NCBI GenBank assembly: GCA_046533775.1
Contig: JAWDOO010000013.1
Span: forward strand, 1-12,777
Direction: 5' to 3'
Length of the DNA stretch: 12,777 nt
Origin: Candidatus Nanopusillus sp.
GTDB taxonomy: Archaea; Nanobdellota; Nanobdellia; Nanobdellales; Nanobdellaceae
Shown here: one piece after another, positions 6,330 through 11,998 of the stretch
Numbering within the stretch: the stretch's first letter is position 1
Layout of the letters: each line of letters begins with the position of its first letter
The notes under the pieces: model-generated
Told to the model about the DNA's origin: nothing
What the model saw: the letters and a program-made list of their open reading frames with translations, nothing else
Database searches by the model: none
Made by a program: the position numbers and the translations under genes

Positions 6330-6800
6330 ATGGGATTATTGGCTATTGTAAGGATAAAAGGAACTATTAAGGCAAATGAAGAAATAAAAGACACATTATA
6401 TTTGTTAAGATTAAGAAGAAATAATTACGCAGTAATAATGAAAGATACAAAAGATATAAGAGGAATGATAAAAAAAGTTGAACCCTGGGTTGCATGGGGA
6501 GAAATAGATAAAGAAACATTAAAAGAATTATTATTAAAGAGAGGAAGATTGGAGGGAAATAAAAGATTAACAGAAGATTATATTAAAAAAACATTAAATA
6601 TGGATATTGATACATTTGTTGAAAAATTATTAAATAATGAAATAGATTTAGATTCAATACCAAAAATAAAAAAAGTATTTAGACTAAAGCCTCCATCAAA
6701 AGGATATCCAAGAAAGGGTATAAAGGTTCCATATAGTCAGGGTGGAGCATATGGGTACTATGGAAAAGATATAAATATATTATTAAAGAAAATGATATAA
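6330..6800 (+). CDS. rpl30: 50S ribosomal protein uL30 (L30p/L7e)
   Basis: The track starts at TTG 6315 (MDLYKMGLL...), overlapping uS5. I prefer ATG 6330, 2 nt after the uS5 stop: MGLLAIVRIKGTIKANEEIKDTLYLLRLRRNNYAVIMKDTKDIRGMIKKVEPWVAWGEIDKETLKELLLKRGRL. This is the canonical archaeal uL30 pattern (RirG......i..TL..LrL.r.n.av......GML.kv..yv.wGE). The choice of start is uncertain by 15 nt. Confidence 0.9.
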   Translation: MGLLAIVRIKGTIKANEEIKDTLYLLRLRRNNYAVIMKDTKDIRGMIKKVEPWVAWGEIDKETLKELLLKRGRLEGNKRLTEDYIKKTLNMDIDTFVEKLLNNEIDLDSIPKIKKVFRLKPPSKGYPRKGIKVPYSQGGAYGYYGKDINILLKKMI

Positions 6801-6801
6801 A

Positions 6802-7359
6802 ATGGCGAAGAGACCCTGGAGAATATTCAAAGAAATTGAAAGACCTTATACAAGATTTTCATATAGTAAATCATATAATAAAATCCCAGGTGCTCCAGTA
6901 TCAAAGTTAAGAATGCAAATTATGGGAATGATGAATGTACCGAAAGATCAATGGAAATATGTTGGACATTTAATTGCATTACATAATGTTCAAGTATCAG
7001 ATTATTCTTTAGAATCTGTAAGAACAAACATATTAAAATACTTAGAAAATGAAGTAAAAGAATTCTTATTTATTGTAAGAAAATATCCCCATCATGTTGT
7101 AAGAGAACATGCATTAGTATATGGTGCGGGTGCAGATAGAATTTCACAAGGAATGAGGCATGCATTTGGAAGACCTTATACAAGAGCTGCGCAAGTATAC
7201 TATAAAGATATTGTTTTATCAATATATTATAATAAACAAGAATTTACAAATAGGATAAGTTTTTATTTAGATGTAGCAAGAAAAAAGTTAGCAGGAAAAT
7301 ATAAGAAATATATAGGGGAAAACAAACCAGAGGAAATTATTTTATCATCTGTTGTCTAG
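6802..7359 (+). CDS. rpl10e: 50S ribosomal protein uL16 (L10e type)
   Basis: 185 aa. RPYTR.SY.......PG.P.SK...F.MG start; central RKYPHHVVREHALVYGAGADRISQGMRHAFGRPYTRAAQV matches the L10e signature (hPhhVlReNkm...AGADRl..GMr.afGkp.g.aArV). The last 23 nt overlap the convergent VWA gene. Confidence 0.93.
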   Translation: MAKRPWRIFKEIERPYTRFSYSKSYNKIPGAPVSKLRMQIMGMMNVPKDQWKYVGHLIALHNVQVSDYSLESVRTNILKYLENEVKEFLFIVRKYPHHVVREHALVYGAGADRISQGMRHAFGRPYTRAAQVYYKDIVLSIYYNKQEFTNRISFYLDVARKKLAGKYKKYIGENKPEEIILSSVV

Positions 7360-8431
7360 ATATTTCGTATTCCAATAATAATAGCTTTTTCAAATCTTTT
7401 ATATCCTTAGAGATAAATAATCTTCCCCTTCCATATTTTACTATTTCTTTTGCAATTTTTTCTCCTTCATTATTTAATTGTATTCCAATTATAGATATAT
7501 AATAATATTGACTTAATTCTCTAGCTAACCTTAAAGTTCTTTCTACAGGATCTTTTCCTTTTGTTGGTAATGCATCTGTTATTAATATTACATGCCCATT
7601 TTCACCTTTATTTAATAAATAATTAAATACTAAAGCAATATCTGTACTTCCATTTGGTATAATTTTTAATATATCTATTATATCTTTTAATCCTCTAACA
7701 TTATTATATTCTTTAATAATCTTATCATTAAATAATATTATATCTAATAGGTTATTATCTTCTAATATCTTTGATGTTAATAATATTAAAGCCTTTTTTG
7801 CTTCAAATATTTTTTCTCCAATCATACTTCCAGATACATCTAATAGAATTATATATTTACCACCCTTATTTTCTCTATTAACATTAACAATAAATCTTAC
7901 AAAATCTTTATTCTTTATATATTTTCTTATTGTTTCTTTTATATCAATTTTATTATATTTATCCCCTATACTAAAATATTTTTTATAAAATTCTTCATCA
8001 TCTCCAATATAATATGAAAAATATTTTCCATATTCAAATATTCCTTCAATTTCCTTTTCTATATTTCCTATTAAATATTTAGAATATTCTATTAAAGATT
8101 TTTCAGTCAGTTCTCCATTTTCATCTATATATCCTTCACTAGTTAATATTTCCTTTATTTTATTTAAAGATTTCCTAAATTCTTTATTAAACCTATAATC
8201 TTTATCCTCCCTTATTCTTTTTTCATCATATTCAGTTAATTTTGATAATATATCTGAATATTCTCTTTTATTTTCCATAATTTTATCTATATCAAATATT
8301 GGATATCCTTCTTTTATCATTTTTTCAATTAATTCATTTATATTTTTCTCAATATCTTTTGAACTATATTTAAAGGATTCTCCCTGTCTATTTATTAAAT
8401 TTTCTGAGTCAACTCCGAAAGTCCTTTCCAA
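7337..8431 (-). CDS. von Willebrand factor type A (VWA) domain protein, ChlD/BchD C-terminal-like partner of the upstream AAA+ ATPase
   Basis: 364 aa. The C-terminal half has KYIILLDVSGSMIGEKIFEAKKAL, a MIDAS DxSxS motif, followed by ...NGSTDIALVF...HVILITDALPTKG (MIDAS T and D). The N-terminal ~190 aa are acidic/helical and unassigned. The track start is TTG at 8431, overlapping the ATPase gene by 23 nt. The first in-frame ATG is 37 codons downstream (about 8320), so the start is uncertain. Confidence 0.85.
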   Translation of the reverse strand: MERTFGVDSENLINRQGESFKYSSKDIEKNINELIEKMIKEGYPIFDIDKIMENKREYSDILSKLTEYDEKRIREDKDYRFNKEFRKSLNKIKEILTSEGYIDENGELTEKSLIEYSKYLIGNIEKEIEGIFEYGKYFSYYIGDDEEFYKKYFSIGDKYNKIDIKETIRKYIKNKDFVRFIVNVNRENKGGKYIILLDVSGSMIGEKIFEAKKALILLTSKILEDNNLLDIILFNDKIIKEYNNVRGLKDIIDILKIIPNGSTDIALVFNYLLNKGENGHVILITDALPTKGKDPVERTLRLARELSQYYYISIIGIQLNNEGEKIAKEIVKYGRGRLFISKDIKDLKKLLLLEYEISRQQMIK

Positions 8432-9449
8432 TTATAAAAGAATTCCATTGATTTTTTATATATTCCTCTTCATTTATTTCCATTTTATATGATGGTTTTA
8501 ATCTTATTCTATGTGGTAATATTGATAATAAAGACTCAAATATATGTTGAATTTCAACATTTTCTTTCTTATCTATTATCGCCAAAGCTTGTGCTTTTTC
8601 ATAAATACCAATTGTAGATCTAACTGATGGTTTCTTTTCTAATTTATCATCTTTTCTTAATTTTTGTATAAATTCAATTGTCAATTCCAATAATTTTTCA
8701 GGAAAATTAACATCTAAACTTTTCCCATATTTTAATATAATCTTCTTTTCTTCTTCAATATCTTTTGGATAATCTAAATTTATTATATCAAATCTATCCA
8801 ATAATACATCAGATATTTTTTCAGTTCCATAATAATTTTCAGGATTCATTGTAGCAATAAATATTATATCTAATGGTATTTGAAATTCATATGTTCCAAT
8901 TGTTATTTTCTTTTCTTCTAATAATTCTAATAAACTATTTTGAACCTTTGGAGGTGCTCTATTTATCTCATCAAAAAACAATACACCATGATGTGCTCTA
9001 AATACTTTTCCAGGTATAAAAGATTCTAAAGAATGTATTCCATATTTTAATGCTTTTGAAGGATCGATATCTCCAATTAAATCTTCTACTGATAGATCGT
9101 AAGAACCTTGTATTCTAATAAATCTATCTTCTCCTTTTATTTTTATAAAGGGACCTTCTTTCCATTTTTTTCTATATTCTTCAGGGACAAATGGGAATTC
9201 TTCATATGCCCACAAAGGGATACCATCTGGAAAATCAATTTCAGGTAAAAGTTTTGCTATATTTTTTGCTAGAGTTGTTTTTCCAGTACCAGGAGGTCCT
9301 ATTATTAATATATTTCTCCCAGAAATTAATGAAGATAATATTTGTCTCTTTGCATTTTCTTGTCCGATTATAGAATCAAATGGATCTTTTCCTTCCTTAA
9401 TATAATTATTAATTATTATATCCTTTATCTGTTCTCTTATTTTGATCAT
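8409..9449 (-). CDS. AAA+ ATPase, Mg-chelatase subunit I (ChlI/BchI)-like / MoxR-class
   Basis: 346 aa. IIGQENAKRQILSSL; Walker A ILIIGPPGTGKTTLAK; then RIQGSYDLSVEDLIGDIDPSKALKYGIHSLESFIPGKVFRAHHGVLFFDEINRAPPKVQNSLLELLEE (Walker B hhhhDE plus sensor region). This is collinear with the ChlI/BchI pattern (LP.gatEDr..G.iD.ekAl..G...fePGlLa.AnrGiLyvDEvN). ATMNPE and LLDRFD motifs are present. Confidence 0.85.
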   Translation of the reverse strand: MIKIREQIKDIIINNYIKEGKDPFDSIIGQENAKRQILSSLISGRNILIIGPPGTGKTTLAKNIAKLLPEIDFPDGIPLWAYEEFPFVPEEYRKKWKEGPFIKIKGEDRFIRIQGSYDLSVEDLIGDIDPSKALKYGIHSLESFIPGKVFRAHHGVLFFDEINRAPPKVQNSLLELLEEKKITIGTYEFQIPLDIIFIATMNPENYYGTEKISDVLLDRFDIINLDYPKDIEEEKKIILKYGKSLDVNFPEKLLELTIEFIQKLRKDDKLEKKPSVRSTIGIYEKAQALAIIDKKENVEIQHIFESLLSILPHRIRLKPSYKMEINEEEYIKNQWNSFIIGKDFRS

Positions 9450-9487
9450 ATTAATTATTTTATATTTTTCTTTAAAATATTATAATT

Positions 9488-10177
9488 ATGGTTATATTTT
9501 ATAATTTAAAAGGAGTAATATTAGATCTTGATGGGACACTTATAAATAGCTTAAAAGTTTATGATGAAGCTCATAAAAAAATATTGGAAAAATATAATAT
9601 AAAGTCAGAAGGTTCATTGGATAATTCTGGAATGCCTATAGAAGAAATAATATATAATATAATAAAGAAATATAATTTAAATATATCAATTGAGAATTTA
9701 AAGAAAGAATTTGAAAATATAATATTAAATGAATATATAGAAAAGATAAAATTTAATCCAGGAGCAAAACAAATATTAAATTATTTTAAGGATAAAAAAT
9801 ATAAAATGGCAATCTTTACTTCAAATACTAGAAAATTAACAATAGAGATATTAAAACATTTGCATATAGATAATTTATTTGATATTATAATAACTTCTGA
9901 TGATGTAGAACATACAAAACCAGATCCAGAAGGTTATATTAAAATAGTAAAAGGATTTTCCTTATTACCAAACGAAATATTAGCAGTAGAAGATTCTATA
10001 TATGGTGTTATTGCTGCAAAAAGGGCTGGAATAAATGTAATAGGGGTTGCTAGCGGTGTAAATAAAAAGAGAGAATTAATTTCTGCTGGTGCTGCAATGG
10101 TATTTAAAAATTTAAAGGAATTATATGATTACCTTATAGAAGAAGATAATAAGAATAATCAAAATAATAATCAATAA
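9488..10177 (+). CDS. HAD-superfamily hydrolase, subfamily IA (phosphatase / beta-phosphoglucomutase-like)
   Basis: 229 aa. Motif I VILDLDGTLINS (DxDxT); motif II FTSNT; motif III KPDPEGY; motif IV EDSIYGVIAAKRAG. Cap-domain helices lie between motifs I and II. Asn/Gln-rich tail EEDNKNNQNNNQ. Confidence 0.9.
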   Translation: MVIFYNLKGVILDLDGTLINSLKVYDEAHKKILEKYNIKSEGSLDNSGMPIEEIIYNIIKKYNLNISIENLKKEFENIILNEYIEKIKFNPGAKQILNYFKDKKYKMAIFTSNTRKLTIEILKHLHIDNLFDIIITSDDVEHTKPDPEGYIKIVKGFSLLPNEILAVEDSIYGVIAAKRAGINVIGVASGVNKKRELISAGAAMVFKNLKELYDYLIEEDNKNNQNNNQ

Positions 10178-10357
10178 AATAATTAATAATATAATTGATA
10201 GTTGGTAAGAATTTGATATTAATATTGGTATTGGACCTATCAATATCAATCCAGCAAATTTTGTATTAGAAGAATTTGATAATGAGTAAATAAATAATAA
10301 AATAATTGAAATAAATAGGAAAATAATTGATAAAATCAAAAATATATTATTATTCAT
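10121..10357 (-). CDS. small two-TM membrane protein, DUF131-like (archaeal conserved hypothetical)
   Basis: 78 aa. TM1 IFLILSIIFLFISIILLFIY; central AGLILIGPIPILISNS; TM2 LSIILLIILLIIILIILIIFF. The G..(L/I)IGPIPI motif between two TM helices is what I remember for the archaeal DUF131/TIGR00304 family (from memory, unverified). The ATG overlaps the upstream Dph2-fragment stop by 8 nt. The 3' end overlaps the convergent HAD gene by 57 nt. Confidence 0.55.
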   Translation of the reverse strand: MNNNIFLILSIIFLFISIILLFIYSLSNSSNTKFAGLILIGPIPILISNSYQLSIILLIILLIIILIILIIFFYKVII

Positions 10358-10622
10358 TTAAATTTAATTTATAAAATTTTGAATGGCCAAAATGAATTAT
10401 TAAATCAAATCCATATTTATCTAAATATATTGGTATATCACATCCACCAAAATCAGATCCAAACCAAATATATATTTCAATATCTTTATATTTTTCCTTT
10501 ATTTTATCATATATTTCTTTTGAATATGGTTTTAGTCCATCGGGAAATTGTAATAATATTTTTTTGTATTTCTTTTTATCCAAAATCTCAAATATTTTAT
10601 CTAATTCAAAATCTATTTCCAT
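10350..10622 (-). CDS. dph2: N-terminal fragment (90 aa) of diphthamide synthesis protein Dph2 (radical-SAM 2-(3-amino-3-carboxypropyl)histidine synthase): split gene or truncated remnant
   Basis: MEIDFELDKIFEILDKKKYKKILLQFPDGLKPYSKEIYDKIKEKYKDIEIYIWFGSDFGGCDIPIYLDKYGFDLIIHFGHSKFYKLNLNE. This matches the start of archaeal Dph2 (..v.lQ.PeGL...a.......e......v...G...YGaCD.......g.D.liHyGHs). Full-length archaeal Dph2 is about 330-350 aa. Here a stop follows about 10 residues after the GHS motif, and the next gene (unrelated) starts 8 nt before that stop. Confidence 0.7.
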   Translation of the reverse strand: MEIDFELDKIFEILDKKKYKKILLQFPDGLKPYSKEIYDKIKEKYKDIEIYIWFGSDFGGCDIPIYLDKYGFDLIIHFGHSKFYKLNLNE

Positions 10623-11368
10623 TTAAATATTTTTAATATATTATCTATAAAGCTATTCCTAACCTCCAATTCTTTTCCAGTTATTTTTTCTGCAATTTTT
10701 ATTATATCTCTAGAAGCTATAGAATTTATATTATAATCTATTAAAGGTATACCTTTATTCATTGAAATTTGTACATTTTCATCATAATGAATTATCCCTA
10801 TTATTTTCTTTTTAAAAAATTTTTCAGCGTTTATATAATTTATATCCTTCTTTATTTTATTTAAAACAATTCCAAGAGTTTTTATATCTAAGTTATCTAA
10901 TACTTTTGTAACTCTATAAGCATCAAACATTGCAGATTTTTCATAGTTTGTTATAATTATAACTTCTTCAGCAGCTTTTAGTGCTTCTAAAGCTTCCTTA
11001 CCAATTCCAGCAGCAGAATCTATAATAATATAATCAAAATCATCATATATCTTCATTATTCCATTATGTAATTTTTCCGTGGAAATATATATTAAATCTT
11101 TTATATCTAAACTTCCAGGAATTATATAAAGATTTTCTTTATATTCCTTTATACAAAAATTTATGTCAATTTCTCCCCTTAGAAATTTATGTATATTATT
11201 ATTTTCATTACCTAATCCTAGATTTATTGATACATTTGGTGTACTTAGATTAAAATCAATTAATAATGTTCTAAAATTTAATAATGAGAGAGCTCTTGAT
11301 AAATTTATAGAAAAGAAAGTTTTTCCTACTCCACCTTTTCCAGAAGATATTGTATATACTTTTGCCAT
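10613..11368 (-). CDS. minD: MinD/ParA-superfamily P-loop ATPase (archaeal MinD-like)
   Basis: 251 aa. Deviant Walker A ISSGKGGVGKTFFSINLS with the signature Lys; LLIDFNL (switch I/Walker A'); IIIDSAAGIG (Walker B). C-terminal NSFIDNILKIFKWK looks amphipathic. The ATG shares 1 nt with the upstream stop, and the 3' end overlaps the Dph2-fragment ATG by 10 nt. Confidence 0.9.
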   Translation of the reverse strand: MAKVYTISSGKGGVGKTFFSINLSRALSLLNFRTLLIDFNLSTPNVSINLGLGNENNNIHKFLRGEIDINFCIKEYKENLYIIPGSLDIKDLIYISTEKLHNGIMKIYDDFDYIIIDSAAGIGKEALEALKAAEEVIIITNYEKSAMFDAYRVTKVLDNLDIKTLGIVLNKIKKDINYINAEKFFKKKIIGIIHYDENVQISMNKGIPLIDYNINSIASRDIIKIAEKITGKELEVRNSFIDNILKIFKWK

Positions 11369-11820
11369 TATATATATTTATTAATAATTGTAGAAAATTT
11401 TTTAACTGATTCTGCAATATCTTTTAATGTTTTTATATTTATTTCAAATTCTTCTCCACTCAATGTCCTAAATTTTACAACCATATTTTTTCTATATTCA
11501 TTTATTATCCTTGCATCGGAATTTAAAGCAAGCTTTAATAGTTTATAATATTTTAATGATTCTTCAAGTTCTTTATCTTTTGTAATTTCAATTATTTTTT
11601 TATATCTTTTAATTGGACTATCTGGAATTTCATCAATCTTTTTATTTTCATATAATTTCCTAAAATATAATTCAATTGCATAATCATAATATTCAATAAC
11701 TGCCTTTATAAAGCTTCTAACAGTTTCCAATCCCTTATTATTTTTCAATGAAACATTAAATATATGTAAAACCTCCTTATATCTTCTATTGTATTCTAAA
11801 TCTTCTTCTAAATTAGGCAT
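11368..11820 (-). CDS. hypothetical protein (150 aa, mostly helical, charged), translationally coupled to the MinD-like ATPase
   Basis: ORF track: MPNLEEDLEYNRRYKEVLHIFNVSLKNNKGLETVRSFIKAVIEYYDYAIELYFRKLYENKKIDEIPDSPIKRYKK...NMVVKFRTLSGEEFEINIKTLKDIAESVKKFSTIINKYI. No family recognised. The long stop-free frame in AT-rich DNA and the 1-nt overlap with minD support a real gene. Confidence 0.7.
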   Translation of the reverse strand: MPNLEEDLEYNRRYKEVLHIFNVSLKNNKGLETVRSFIKAVIEYYDYAIELYFRKLYENKKIDEIPDSPIKRYKKIIEITKDKELEESLKYYKLLKLALNSDARIINEYRKNMVVKFRTLSGEEFEINIKTLKDIAESVKKFSTIINKYI

Positions 11821-11966
11821 GATATATAGATATTTGCAATGTATACTAAAGCCGCGAAAATAATTATAAATATTATTATTTTATTTCTATTTAATTTTAT
11901 TTTTGATTTTTCCTTTCCAAATTTATATAATCCAAGATATGTAAATATGGGTAATTGGTCTGGCAT
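11808..11966 (-). CDS. possible tiny (52 aa) tail-anchored membrane protein, first ORF of the minus-strand array
   Basis: Found by hand, below the track cutoff. ATG at 11966-11964, TAG at 11810-11808: MPDQLPIFTYLGLYKFGKEKSKIKLNRNKIIIFIIIFAALVYIANIYISCLI. It has a basic middle and a C-terminal hydrophobic helix. It overlaps the next ATG (11820) by 13 nt. A TATA-like box on the minus strand ends 22 nt upstream of the ATG. It is short and compositionally biased, so it may be non-coding leader sequence. Confidence 0.3.
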   Translation of the reverse strand: MPDQLPIFTYLGLYKFGKEKSKIKLNRNKIIIFIIIFAALVYIANIYISCLI

Positions 11967-11968
11967 AA

Positions 11969-11976
11969 TTTATATA
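11969..11976 (+). promoter_or_regulatory. TATA box (TTTATATA) for the structured RNA gene
   Basis: TTTATATA spans -30 to -23 relative to G11999, the first paired base of the RNA terminal helix. This is the canonical archaeal TATA-to-start spacing. TATA-like strings are frequent in this DNA, so support rests on the spacing alone. Confidence 0.45.
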
Positions 11977-11987
11977 TTTATAAGAAA

Positions 11988-11995
11988 TATATAAA
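11988..11995 (-). promoter_or_regulatory. mirror-image TATA box (TTTATATA on the minus strand) for the minus-strand gene array
   Basis: Plus-strand TATATAAA at 11988-11995 is the exact reverse complement of the box at 11969-11976. It ends 22 nt upstream of the minus-strand ATG at 11966, implying a leaderless or near-leaderless transcript. Confidence 0.3.
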
Positions 11996-11998
11996 AAA

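Noticed and set aside
9191-9373. 60-aa plus-strand ORF from the track
   Set aside because: It is antisense to the Walker A region of the AAA+ ATPase gene and has no recognisable features.
10379-10636. 85-aa plus-strand ORF from the track
   Set aside because: It is antisense to the Dph2 fragment, whose translation has clear family motifs. The antisense product is low-complexity.
11163-11384. 73-aa plus-strand ORF from the track
   Set aside because: It is antisense to the Walker A end of the MinD-like gene, which is strongly supported.
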